A DNA stretch of 64,000 nucleotides from an uncultured Gammaproteobacteria bacterium. Its GTDB lineage: Bacteria > Pseudomonadota > Gammaproteobacteria > Xanthomonadales > SZUA-36. Below, one piece after another: positions 36,413 to 45,723 of this stretch. Numbering within the stretch: position 1 is the first letter of the stretch; every line of letters begins with the position of its first letter. The notes under the pieces were generated by a model, which did no database searches, had not been told where the DNA came from, and worked only from the letters and a program-made list of their open reading frames with translations. The stretch covers positions 11,340 to 75,339 of the forward strand of contig CAWARM010000019.1 in NCBI GenBank assembly GCA_963784425.1, in the 5' to 3' direction. Both the position numbers and the translations under genes were made by a program.

Positions 36413-38050
36413 ATGACACTCGCAGGCAAAGTAAGCGGCCTTCAGTTCGAGCCCCCGGGCCCGGGCTTCTGGGAGCTCGATCCCGTGCATTTTCCGCGCC
36501 CGGCGACGCGTTACTGGACCGAGATACATCCAGCGGCCTTTAAACGCGGCACAGGCGAGTTTGCCCGTGCCTACGGCATGTTAATCGACGGACTCGAGAT
36601 GGCGTATGTCAATGGCTTCGCTTACAAAATCGTCAGGCCTGCAGCGGAGGATGAAATCCCTCAGCGCTTCCAACGCGCCGAAGAGGCTTTCCAGAAGAAG
36701 TACTGGCGCGAGCAGTTGCTCGACTGGAATGAGAGTTTCAAGCCGGCCTCGATGAAGGCTCACCGGAAACTGCAGTCCATCGACCCCGATACGCTTTCCA
36801 ACGACGAACTTGCCACACACTTGACACGCTGCCGCGATCACCATGCGGAGATGCTCTACCAGCACATGCGCTTTACTGCCGCGGCCCTCGTCCCGACGGG
36901 AGACTTCCTCGCGCACATCGGAGACTGGACCAGCCTCCCGCCCTCCGAGCTGCTAAGCCTGATGCGCGGCACCTCGCCCACGTCGGCGGGCGCGTCCACG
37001 GAGCTGGGGCAGCTGATTACTGCCATCCGGCAGGACCCGCGTGCACAAAAACTGCTTGAATCGGAAGACGATCCCGGTCGCATGCTCGACGCGATACGCG
37101 CGCTTGATCGTGGTACCGGCGCGGCCCTGTCCGCGTATCTCGACCTCGTCGGTTACCGTCTGCTCGATGGCTTCGACATCTCGAACCCTTGTGCGCTCGA
37201 GCTGCCGGACGTGCTGCTCCGGGCCATCCGTGCCGCCGTTGCGGGGACGGGGGTGCATTCGTCGGATGTCGAAGGGCGGATTGCCAATGTGCGCGGAAAG
37301 ATACCTGAGAAGCACCGGGTCGAGTTTGACGAGCTGCTCGAGGAGGCGCGGTTGACTTACCCGATACGCGACGAGCGCGGAGTGTTCAGCGACATCTGGG
37401 CATCCGGCCTAATGCGACGGGCCGCTCTCGCAGCGGGACGACGGCTGGCCGGCACGGGCCGGATACAGGAAGCCGCTCATTTCGTCGATGCCGGTCTTGA
37501 CGAGATGTGCTCGCTGCTGACCTCAGCCACCGGACCTTCTGCCGAAGAGCTCGCGCAACGGTTCGCGTACCGCGCGGCGCACAGTTCAAAAGAGGCCCCG
37601 CTGGTAATGGGTTCGCCGCCTCCTCCACCGGACCTGTCTGGCTTGCCACCTGCCGCAGCGCGCATGATGCGTGCGATCGGCATCGCATTGAACGCACTGT
37701 TCGGCAGCTCCGAGCTGGTGCAGGAAAAACATAAATTGCGCGGGCTGGCGGCAAGCCGGGGCGTCTACGAAGGTCCCGCACGCCGGGTGTCCCATCCCTC
37801 CGAGTTTGACCGGATTATCAAGGGCGATGTGCTGGTCACCGAGTCAACGACCGAAGCATTCAACATCCTCCTGCCCTTGCTCGGAGCAATCGTGACGGAC
37901 AGTGGCGGCCTGCTATCCCATTCGGCGATTGTTGCGCGCGAGTATGGAATTCCGGGTGTGGTTGGAACGCGCGAAGCCACGGAACGTATCGCCGACGGGG
38001 ATCGGGTGCGTGTGGACGGTAATGCCGGCGAGGTCACAGTACTCGGGTGA
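36413..38050 (+). CDS. PEP-utilising-enzyme mobile (His swivel) domain protein with N-terminal helical substrate-domain, rifampin-phosphotransferase-like
   Basis: 545 aa. The N-terminus has FWELDPVHFPRPATRYW. The C-terminus has GDVLVTESTTEAFNILLPLLGAIVTDSGGLLSHSAIVAREYGIPGVVG, the phosphohistidine swivel motif. Confidence 0.8.
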   Translation: MTLAGKVSGLQFEPPGPGFWELDPVHFPRPATRYWTEIHPAAFKRGTGEFARAYGMLIDGLEMAYVNGFAYKIVRPAAEDEIPQRFQRAEEAFQKKYWREQLLDWNESFKPASMKAHRKLQSIDPDTLSNDELATHLTRCRDHHAEMLYQHMRFTAAALVPTGDFLAHIGDWTSLPPSELLSLMRGTSPTSAGASTELGQLITAIRQDPRAQKLLESEDDPGRMLDAIRALDRGTGAALSAYLDLVGYRLLDGFDISNPCALELPDVLLRAIRAAVAGTGVHSSDVEGRIANVRGKIPEKHRVEFDELLEEARLTYPIRDERGVFSDIWASGLMRRAALAAGRRLAGTGRIQEAAHFVDAGLDEMCSLLTSATGPSAEELAQRFAYRAAHSSKEAPLVMGSPPPPPDLSGLPPAAARMMRAIGIALNALFGSSELVQEKHKLRGLAASRGVYEGPARRVSHPSEFDRIIKGDVLVTESTTEAFNILLPLLGAIVTDSGGLLSHSAIVAREYGIPGVVGTREATERIADGDRVRVDGNAGEVTVLG

Positions 38051-38865
38051 AACAGATCGTCCCGCTAGCCCAGGCGCTCGATGACACCATCTTCGGCTCG
38101 AAGGCGGTCGGGCTTGGGCAGGCCATCCGGGAAGGTCTTCCCGTTCCACCTGGAGTGGCGCTTTCCGGCGCGATGGTCGAAGCCGTTGCAGCAGGGGAAA
38201 AACCCGCGATCAAGGAGGCTGCCAAGTGGGTCAAACCGCTCGGTGGCCCACTCGCGGTCCGCTCCTCCGCCATGGACGAGGACGGCGCCGCGGCGAGCTT
38301 TGCGGGGCAACACCTGACCTTGCTCAACGTTCCCTCGGCTAATGAGCTGGGACCGGCGTTGAGCAAGATATGGTGGTCGGCGAACTCGGACTCGGCGATT
38401 ACCTACCGTCAGCGCGTCGGCCTGTTTACGCGCCCCAGTGTCGGCGTCGTCGTCCAGGCGCTGCTCGATCCCCAGACCGCGGGGGTCATGTTCACGCAGA
38501 ACCCCGTCACCGGTGATGACGAGCGGGTAATCGAGGCGAGTTGGGGGCTCGGTGAGGCAGTCGTCGCCGGTATTGTCATTCCGGACCACTACCGCATCAA
38601 CCGTTCGGGACAGGTGCTGGAACAAAGCGCTGGATTCAAAAAAATCGCGGTCCGGCGGCTTCCGCATGGGGGCACAGTTGAAGAGAGTGTCGCACCGGAA
38701 CTGGTAGAGAGACTGTGCCTCAACGATGAGGAACTGCAGAAGCTGAATTCGCTCGCTGACCGGTGTGACCACATCTACGGACCTGCGCGGGACATCGAGT
38801 GGGCCATCGCCGACGGCGTGCTCTATCTGCTGCAGTGCCGCGCGATTACGCAGGCAGGGCAGTAA
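38047..38865 (+). CDS. PEP/pyruvate-binding (PPDK_N) ATP-grasp domain protein
   Basis: GTG start overlaps the upstream stop (GTGA). 272 aa with GSKAVGLG, VRSSAMDEDGAAASFAGQHLTLLNV, AGVMFTQNPVTG, WGLGEAVVAG and DIEWAIADGVLYLLQCRAIT. Confidence 0.8.
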   Translation: MKQIVPLAQALDDTIFGSKAVGLGQAIREGLPVPPGVALSGAMVEAVAAGEKPAIKEAAKWVKPLGGPLAVRSSAMDEDGAAASFAGQHLTLLNVPSANELGPALSKIWWSANSDSAITYRQRVGLFTRPSVGVVVQALLDPQTAGVMFTQNPVTGDDERVIEASWGLGEAVVAGIVIPDHYRINRSGQVLEQSAGFKKIAVRRLPHGGTVEESVAPELVERLCLNDEELQKLNSLADRCDHIYGPARDIEWAIADGVLYLLQCRAITQAGQ

Positions 38866-38875
38866 GAGACGATCA

Positions 38876-39292
38876 ATGCCGCAGCGAGGAGCCCCCATCG
38901 AAGTCCTGCAAAGCGTGCCGCTGTTCGCGGACCTGAGCAAGCATGAGATCCGGCAAATTGCCCGCCTGTTCAAGGAGCGCCGTTTTGCAGCAGGTGAGAC
39001 CGTGATTCAGGAGGGCTCGGGAGGGGCCGCTTTCTATGTGATCGAATCCGGCGAGGCGACCGTTTCCATCCACGGAAAAATGAATACAACCTTGAAACCA
39101 GGCGACTATTTCGGCGAAATCGCCATGATCGATGAGGGTACGCGCATGGCGACCATCACCGCTTCCAGTGAACTCGTGTGTTTCGGCCTGACCTACTGGG
39201 ATTTCCGCCCGCTGGTGGAGTCGAACGGTGTGATTGGCTGGAAACTTCTGCAGCGCATGGCAAAGATGCTTCGCGCCGCCGAGGCAAAGTAG
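38876..39292 (+). CDS. Stand-alone cyclic-nucleotide-binding domain protein
   Basis: ORF trimmed to ATG 38876. 138 aa with LFADLSKHEIRQIA..GETVIQEGSGGAAFYVIESGEA..GDYFGEIAMID. No DNA-binding domain. Confidence 0.8.
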   Translation: MPQRGAPIEVLQSVPLFADLSKHEIRQIARLFKERRFAAGETVIQEGSGGAAFYVIESGEATVSIHGKMNTTLKPGDYFGEIAMIDEGTRMATITASSELVCFGLTYWDFRPLVESNGVIGWKLLQRMAKMLRAAEAK

Positions 39293-39299
39293 AAAGGGA

Positions 39300-39686
39300 T
39301 CAGGGGCTGCCAGTGGCGCGTTCGCTCATCAGGGCAAGTTGATTCCCGTCCGGGTCACAGAACTCCGCCAACCAAAGCTCCGAGTAAGTCGTTCGATGAA
39401 CTACATGGGGTTTTGCACTGAAACTAGCGCCTTTTTCCTTTAGTGTTGCAAACACGGCAGCAATGTCCGGCACCTGGAAATAGATAGTCGAACCGCGTTG
39501 CGCCTGCTGGCCCGGAGGGAGTATGCCAACCAGCAGCCTCACGCCAGAGCAATTGAAAAATGCCATTTGTGGCGGAGCGCTGAACAGGAAAGGAATGCCG
39601 AGGACATCGCGGTAGAACGCAATGCCTTTGTCAAAGTCATCGACCGGGATCAGTAGCTGCGCTACTTTCGCATTCTCGAGATTCAT
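39300..39686 (-). CDS. VOC (glyoxalase/bleomycin-resistance/dioxygenase) family protein
   Basis: ORF trimmed to ATG 39686 behind AGGAAGGAGGGAGG. Contains IPVDDFDKGIAFYRDVLG. Confidence 0.8.
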   Translation of the reverse strand: MNLENAKVAQLLIPVDDFDKGIAFYRDVLGIPFLFSAPPQMAFFNCSGVRLLVGILPPGQQAQRGSTIYFQVPDIAAVFATLKEKGASFSAKPHVVHRTTYSELWLAEFCDPDGNQLALMSERATGSP

Positions 39687-39858
39687 TCCTCCCTCCTTCC
39701 GAACCTGCAGCACCAGCAAGAGGAAAGAATAATTGCATTATTCGCAGAAATCTATTCGCCTGAGGTGACCCGTGGAGCGCGTACAATCGACAGGCAGATC
39801 CCCGGTGCGTAGACTGTAACTGGGCATCAGGATTTCAATACACGCAAAGGAGAGTGTC

Positions 39859-40410
39859 ATGACGAAATCAATGGCTGTTCTCTTTTTTTTACTGGCAGCG
39901 GCCTCCGTTGTATGCGCCGACGAACAAAAGTGGGGAGCCCCCGAGGCTCCTGCAGTCCCCGAGGCTGATGGTTTCATCACTATTCCCGGCGCGGCCATTC
40001 CGCCTTCAAGTGAACACACCTACAAGGCAGTCTTCAACGCCACACGGGCGGCAGGTGAACCCGATCAACTCGTGCCTGCCATCAATATGGCTGGATCCGA
40101 GTTGAACGCATTGGCTGCCAGTGGAGTGCCGTTGGAGAATGCTCAGTTCGTGCTGGTGTTTCACGGGGCGGCCATTGACGGCATCCTCAATGAGGAGACC
40201 TACAAATCCAAATACGGAATCAGCAACCCGAATCTTCCGGCCATCGCAAAAATGCGGGCAGCAGGTGTACGGATTTACGTGTGCGGCCAGAATCTCGCCT
40301 TTGAAAACTTTGACAAGACTACACTTGCCCCGAATGTTGTGATTGCAAGCGATGCCCTTATTGTGCTCATGACTTTCCAGAATCAGGGCTATGCATTGCT
40401 GAGCTTCTAA
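39859..40410 (+). CDS. Secreted DsrE/DsrF-like family protein
   Basis: RBS AAAGGAGAG, signal peptide, then VLVFHGAAIDG..GVRIYVCGQNL..QNQGYALLSF, as in periplasmic DsrE-family proteins. Confidence 0.6.
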   Translation: MTKSMAVLFFLLAAASVVCADEQKWGAPEAPAVPEADGFITIPGAAIPPSSEHTYKAVFNATRAAGEPDQLVPAINMAGSELNALAASGVPLENAQFVLVFHGAAIDGILNEETYKSKYGISNPNLPAIAKMRAAGVRIYVCGQNLAFENFDKTTLAPNVVIASDALIVLMTFQNQGYALLSF

Positions 40411-40417
40411 GCTGCGA

Positions 40418-42017
40418 TTAACCTCGCTGGGGACATTCCTCGAAGCGCATCGTTGGGTAGCCGCTCGGCACACTGGCCGGGACCAGCGCGCACAGGTTTT
40501 GCCGTTTCGCCCGTTCGTCCAGCAGCCCGTCCCGCACGAACGCCACAAGCGCCTGGAACTCCTGCGCACTCAACCTGATCGGGGTTGCAAGAAGCGGATC
40601 GATGCGTTCAAGGACCGGCTCGATAGGGCCGAGACGGTACGTGAGGTCCTTGTCAACGCCCGCGGCAACCGGGTTGTAGCTGCGAGCCGAAGCGAATACG
40701 TCCAGGTGGTGCCGAATCGCGTCCTCGAGGCGCGTGAATGCTCCGTTGTGGAAAAACGCCGGCTGCAGGGCGGCATTGCGTAGGGGCGAACTGCGGAATT
40801 TGTAGCGGTCCGCCGGATTCCCTGTGACCTGCTCCAAGCCGAAGTCCTCGTCGCGTCCCGGCCCGTCGAAGATCACATTACCCGTTCCGACACCGAAAAA
40901 CGGAGCGATTTGTGGGACCCCGATGACGTGCATCTGGAAATCGCTAAACATCTCGTTCGACGCTCCCGAGACGGCATGGCAACTTGAGCAGCGACCGCTG
41001 CCGAAGAACACCAGCGCCCCTTCTTTCTGCTGCGGCGTCATAGCGCGCGAATTGCCGCGGGCAAATTGGTCGATCGGCGCGTCCGCAAACACCAGGGCGA
41101 ACTCAAATTCGGCGATTGCCCGACCGAACATGGTGAAGTCAATCGGTGCCCCGGAAGCGACCTCCGGGAAGCTCGCTCCGAAAAGATCACGGTAGGCCGG
41201 AGTGCCGTTGAGCCTCTCGAGAACCGCTTGCCGGATCGGCTCGTTGCGAAATCCGCTCCCGTCAGGCGGGGGAACGGTCCCTCCGAGTCCGTCGTCGAAC
41301 TGGTCGAACTCGGGCCCGATGGATCCGGCGGTGCCGGTGAATCCAGCAACTTCGACAAGCTCCGTCGGCGGGATGTGGGCCTGCGCGATCAGCAGGTGTG
41401 TCACGATCAGGATCATTTGGAGGGAACTCCGTCACCCCCTCGGGGGCGGGAAAGAGATAACCCTGTGAGTTGTCAAACGGGTCGCCAGACGGCGCGGAGA
41501 ACCGTCCGTTCCACATGAGTTTCGGGTAGAAAGCCGTGTTGGCGGCGCTCGGGGCGCGGCGCTGGTTGCGCGGTCCGGAGCGGTTTTTTCCCACGCGGTT
41601 GTTATTCTGCACGCCGATCGCGATCGACTGGCTGTCTCCGAAGGCGTTCGCTGGCGAGTGGCACCCCCCGCATGTGTTGTCGTCGTGAAGTCCGCCGTAG
41701 GTGTCGAACCACAGAAGCCTTCCGAGATCCGCGAGATCGACGTCGATAGGCCGGCCGAGCCGCTGCTCAATCGATGAGCCCACGGTTCCGGTGAAGCCGG
41801 CGTCGTGAAGCACCTCGCGCAGCTGTTCGTCAAGATCCGGCAACGACTTGGCCACGGCAGTTGGCAATAACGCCAGCGACGCGAGGACAACAGCGACTAC
41901 GAACGCGAGACGTGATTCGGGCAGCACGATTCGGTCCCTCCTGAAACTGGATTTGCGCAGATAGAGCATTAATGTTCGTGCTGTCGAGCTCGTCATTGGT
42001 CGATTTTCCATCTTCAT
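40418..42017 (-). pseudogene. Di-heme cytochrome c peroxidase/MauG-family protein, split by a +1 frameshift near 41400-41431
   Basis: The upstream ORF (41262-42017) has a signal peptide and heme site CGGCHS. It reads ..GYLFPAPEGVTEFPPNDPD and then turns into Arg/Pro-rich nonsense. The downstream ORF (40418-41416) reads IVTHLLIAQAHIPPTELVEVAGF.. with the second heme site CSSCHA. The two frames differ by one nucleotide. Confidence 0.75.
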
Positions 42018-42263
42018 CAGTAGCGCCTCAGAGCATAAAAAAATTGATACATCAGAAGCCCGGGTTCATATTAGTCGGCAAGTCTAAAAGGCCTATGAAT
42101 AAAAGATGAAGACAGGTTAAATGTTGAATGAAAAATACCTATGCCAAAATTGACAGCAAAATATCTTGCTATTTCCAGGGTGACAAACGGGAAGAAACCA
42201 GGGAGGAGATCATCATTTCAAACTCACCAAGCATGTCCTTTACCCTTAACTAAGGAGACGTAA

Positions 42264-42527
42264 ATGAGCGCAATTCGACCGAACAGAGCAGGACTGGTAC
42301 TCGGGATGTTTCTTGGTGGGTGGCACCTGGCGTGGTCGCTGCTGGTGGCAATCGGTTTTGCCCAGCCATTGATCGACTTCATTTTCTGGATTCACTTCAT
42401 CAAACCGGTTTACGTGATTGAGCAATTCAACATCGGCATCGCGCTGCTGTTAGTGGTCGTAACGACCGCCATCGGCTATATCCTGGGCTGGGGATTCGGC
42501 GTGCTGTGGAACAAATTTCACACATAA
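42264..42527 (+). CDS. Small 3-TM membrane protein
   Basis: 87 aa with RBS TAAGGAG and hydrophobic segments. No family recognised. Confidence 0.55.
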   Translation: MSAIRPNRAGLVLGMFLGGWHLAWSLLVAIGFAQPLIDFIFWIHFIKPVYVIEQFNIGIALLLVVVTTAIGYILGWGFGVLWNKFHT

Positions 42528-42623
42528 GCGTTCATGTTTCCATGATGCCTGGCCCAGTCGGGCGCTTCCCGCCAGAAAGGGGGCAGCTCAAGGCAATTAC
42601 GAAAACCGATTACTTGCAGCTCG

Positions 42624-43211
42624 ATGCCTTCCCTCTCCTCATTACTCACTGAAGTCCGCGCGTGCAGGCTATGCGCCGAATACCTGCCGCTGGGTCCCCG
42701 TCCGGTGGTCCAGTTACACCCCTCGGCCCGCATCCTGATTGCGGGCCAGGCGCCAGGCAAGAAGGTGCATGAAACAGGCCTGCCGTTCAACGATGTTAGC
42801 GGCGACAGGCTGCGCGCATGGTTGGGCATTTCGCGCGAGGTGTTTTACAACGCCAGGCAAGTTGCCATCCTGCCCATGGGTTTCTGCTTCCCGGGAACGG
42901 GTAAATCCGGCGATCTGCCGCCACGACCGGAGTGCGCCCCAGCCTGGAGGGCGAAGCTACTGTCGCAGCTGAAGAAGCTCCAACTCACGCTGGTCATAGG
43001 ACGATACGCACAGGACTATCACCTGCCGAACGAGGCAGCATCCGTCACCGAAGTGGTTCAGGCATGGCGCAAAAACTGGCCCCACACCGTGCCCCTGCCG
43101 CATCCCAGCCCGCGCAATATCCGGTGGCTCAAGCGCAATCCATGGTTCGAAGAAGAGCTCATTCCTGTTCTTCGAATCCGGGTGTTGGAGGTTCTGGGGC
43201 TTGCCAGTTAA
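42624..43211 (+). CDS. Uracil-DNA glycosylase superfamily protein
   Basis: 195 aa with VRACRLC and the IAGQAPG motif typical of UDG family 4/5-like proteins. Confidence 0.8.
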   Translation: MPSLSSLLTEVRACRLCAEYLPLGPRPVVQLHPSARILIAGQAPGKKVHETGLPFNDVSGDRLRAWLGISREVFYNARQVAILPMGFCFPGTGKSGDLPPRPECAPAWRAKLLSQLKKLQLTLVIGRYAQDYHLPNEAASVTEVVQAWRKNWPHTVPLPHPSPRNIRWLKRNPWFEEELIPVLRIRVLEVLGLAS

Positions 43212-43363
43212 GCGTGGCTATGAGCGCTCGTCAGCACATTTATCGTCCTGGGAGCGCCCTGCTCAGGCGGTCGGGATTTTTTCCATGCGACTTGTTGTAG
43301 CCGCTGCTGATTTCCGGCGTTAAACTTCACGTCTTTCGGATTCAGTTCAACAGGAAAATTGCC

Positions 43364-44314
43364 ATGTCAGACCAGAAGATCATTGCGGTAGTGGGTGCCA
43401 CCGGCGCCCAAGGTGGCGGACTGGTGCGAGCCATTGTGGGCGATCCGGGCGGAAGTTTCACAGCGCGGGCAATCACCCGGGATGTCAATTCCGCGAAAGC
43501 CCGGGCACTTGCAGATTTGGGTGCCGAGGTGGTGGCCGCCGACGTTGATGACGAGACCAGCCTGGCCGCAGCGCTGAAAGGGGCGTACGGCGCCTACTTC
43601 GTGACCTTTTTCTGGGAACACTTCTCACCGGAGAAGGAGAAGGCGCAGATCGGCAACATGGCCAGGGCGGCGAAGGCGGCAGGACTCAAGCATGTCATAT
43701 GGTCCACGCTGGAAGATACCCGCGAATGGATACCGCTCTCGGACACGCGGATGCCCACCCTGATGGGCAAGTACAAGGTTCCCCACTTTGATGCCAAGGG
43801 CGAGTCCAATAAGGTCTTTACCGATCAGGGCGTGCCGACGACGTTTCTCTTCACCTCGTTCTACTGGGACAACCTGATTTACTTTGGCATGGGCCCCAGG
43901 AAAGGCCCCGATGGAAAGCTCGCTTTCACCTTGCCGATGGGTGACCGGAAGCTTCCAGGCATCGCTGCCGAGGACATCGGAAAATGCGCCTACGGTATCT
44001 TCAAGAAAGGTTCGGAGTACATCGGCAAGAGCGTGGGAATTGCAGGCGAGCACCTGACCGGCAAGCAGATGGCAGACGCTTTGTCTCTGGCCCTGGGGCA
44101 GGAAGTGGTGCACAACGCAGTGAGTCCGGAGGTGTTCCGCAGCTTCGGTTTTCCCGGTGCCGAGGACCTGGGCAATATGTTCCAGTTCAACCACGACTTT
44201 GAGCACGTGTTCTGCGCTGCGCGCAGCATCAGTGTTTCCCGGGCTCTGAACCCCTCGCTGCAGACGTTTGAAACCTGGCTGGCCCGGAACAAGGCGAGCA
44301 TTCCGCTTGAGTAG
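43364..44314 (+). CDS. NmrA-family NAD(P)-binding protein
   Basis: 316 aa with IAVVGATGAQGGGLVRAI and NmrA/HSCARG-like colinearity. Confidence 0.85.
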   Translation: MSDQKIIAVVGATGAQGGGLVRAIVGDPGGSFTARAITRDVNSAKARALADLGAEVVAADVDDETSLAAALKGAYGAYFVTFFWEHFSPEKEKAQIGNMARAAKAAGLKHVIWSTLEDTREWIPLSDTRMPTLMGKYKVPHFDAKGESNKVFTDQGVPTTFLFTSFYWDNLIYFGMGPRKGPDGKLAFTLPMGDRKLPGIAAEDIGKCAYGIFKKGSEYIGKSVGIAGEHLTGKQMADALSLALGQEVVHNAVSPEVFRSFGFPGAEDLGNMFQFNHDFEHVFCAARSISVSRALNPSLQTFETWLARNKASIPLE

Positions 44315-44360
44315 TTCCTTAACCCTGGCGGGGTTGCTCATTCGCAGAGGCAAGTAACTA

Positions 44361-44597
44361 ATGGCTGGCTATTGGCTTGCACAGGTGAACGTCGGCCTGG
44401 CCCGGCACGAAATGGATTCCATCCATATGCAGGGCTTTGTTTCGCGCCTGGAGGAAATTGACTCCCTGGCAGATCATGCGCCTGGTTTTGTATGGCGCCT
44501 GCAAACGGAAGAGGGGGACTCAACCTCGATCAGGGTTTTCGATGATCCTCTCATGCTCGTGAACCTGAAATGCCGGCGCAATGACCCATGCACATAG
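44361..44597 (+). CDS. DUF3291-like protein, apparently C-terminally truncated
   Basis: 78 aa. The N-terminal half matches DUF3291 (WLAQVNVGLARHEMDS..GFVSRLEEIDSLADHAPGFVWRL). It ends abruptly after LVNL, where I recall the family continuing for roughly as long again. The stop overlaps the GNAT start. Confidence 0.5.
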   Translation: MAGYWLAQVNVGLARHEMDSIHMQGFVSRLEEIDSLADHAPGFVWRLQTEEGDSTSIRVFDDPLMLVNLKCRRNDPCT

Positions 44598-45043
44598 AAT
44601 CCGACAATCTCTCCCGGCCTGAAGTACACGCGTTGTTGCACGAGCACCTGAGCAGCATGGCCAGTTTGTCGCCTGCAGACAGCGTCCATGCCCTGGATTT
44701 AGATGGCCTGCGCCAACCTGACGTTACGTTCTGGACTGCGTGGTCAGGCCCCGACCTGCTCGGTTGTGGCGCGCTCAAGGAATTGAGCCCCACGCACGGC
44801 GAGATCAAGTCCATGCGTACTGCCACAGCACACCTGCGTAAAGGCGTTGCCCGAGCCATCCTGGCGCACATCATTGACGAAGCCCGTAAGCGTTCCTACA
44901 ATCGCCTCAGCCTGGAAACCGGTTCCATGCAAGCGTTCCAGCCGGCACACCAGTTGTATCTTGAATTTGGTTTCACCTTCTGTCCGTCGTTCGCTGACTA
45001 TGTCGAAGACCCGCACTGTGTCTTCATGACCCGCACACTTTGA
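44588..45043 (+). CDS. GNAT family N-acetyltransferase
   Basis: 151 aa. GCGALKELSPTHGEIKSMRTATAHLRKGVARAILAHIIDEARKRSYNRLSLETG matches the acetyl-CoA binding region. Confidence 0.8.
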   Translation: MHIESDNLSRPEVHALLHEHLSSMASLSPADSVHALDLDGLRQPDVTFWTAWSGPDLLGCGALKELSPTHGEIKSMRTATAHLRKGVARAILAHIIDEARKRSYNRLSLETGSMQAFQPAHQLYLEFGFTFCPSFADYVEDPHCVFMTRTL

Positions 45044-45055
45044 TTGGAGACTGCA

Positions 45056-45310
45056 ATGCTTGAACTTCGCCCCTCCTGCGAATGTTGCGATGCCGCACTC
45101 CCGCCCGAGTCCACGCAGGCGCGCATCTGCACCTTTGAGTGTACGTTTTGCGCTACCTGCGCTGAGGACTTCTTGCATGGCACATGCCCGAACTGCGGGG
45201 GCGAACTGCTCGCGCGGCCAAGGCGTCCAGCGCACCTGCTCGCTGCAAACCCACCCTCCACGGTGCGTGTGCACAAGCCCGCAGGCTGTGGGCGAGATCC
45301 AGGGCCATGA
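45056..45310 (+). CDS. DUF1272 family zinc-ribbon protein
   Basis: MLELRPSCECCDAALPPESTQARICTFECTFCATCAE..CPNCGGELLARPRRP. ATG 45056 lies behind GGAGAC. Confidence 0.75.
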   Translation: MLELRPSCECCDAALPPESTQARICTFECTFCATCAEDFLHGTCPNCGGELLARPRRPAHLLAANPPSTVRVHKPAGCGRDPGP

Positions 45311-45723
45311 GACTGTTTTTTCAGATTGTCTTCGCCGTGGCCGTTGGATTCGGGGCGCTTTATGCAGGGGTCGTGAACTTCTATCTGGCCTCCGGGGTGC
45401 TCCACTTATTCTACGGCCTGGACCTGAGCAGCCTTCCGGCTGAAACGCTGTCAGCCATCGACTCCTCGGTTCGCTTGCTTTCAGGAATGTGGATTGCGGC
45501 AGGTCTTGTTGCCTTGGTGGTACTGCCCAGGTTTGAGAACAACACTACTGTTCTGCGCCTGGTTCTGCTTGGAATGGCGCTGGGTGCCATCGGCGAGTTG
45601 CTTGCTAAAATCGAATTGGATGGTGACGTAACAGCCGCCGTGATCAAGGCCTCAGTTCAGGTCGCAATTTACCTCGCGTTGGAAGTGTGGCGCAGCTTCC
45701 TGTGCCGCGCACGAACAGCATGA
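45307..45723 (+). CDS. DUF4345-like small membrane protein
   Basis: ORF trimmed to ATG 45307 (ATGA overlap with the upstream stop). 138 aa with four hydrophobic segments. Confidence 0.65.
   Translation: MRLFFQIVFAVAVGFGALYAGVVNFYLASGVLHLFYGLDLSSLPAETLSAIDSSVRLLSGMWIAAGLVALVVLPRFENNTTVLRLVLLGMALGAIGELLAKIELDGDVTAAVIKASVQVAIYLALEVWRSFLCRARTA

Noticed and set aside
38065-38973. 302-aa antisense ORF. Similar long antisense ORFs occur at 18530-19465, 34499-35257, 30774-31571, 60294-61172, 61755-62690 and 171-749.
   Set aside because: All lie opposite genes with clear family motifs. They have Arg/Pro/Gly/His-rich wrong-frame composition and no recognisable motifs. They are typical shadow ORFs of GC-rich DNA.
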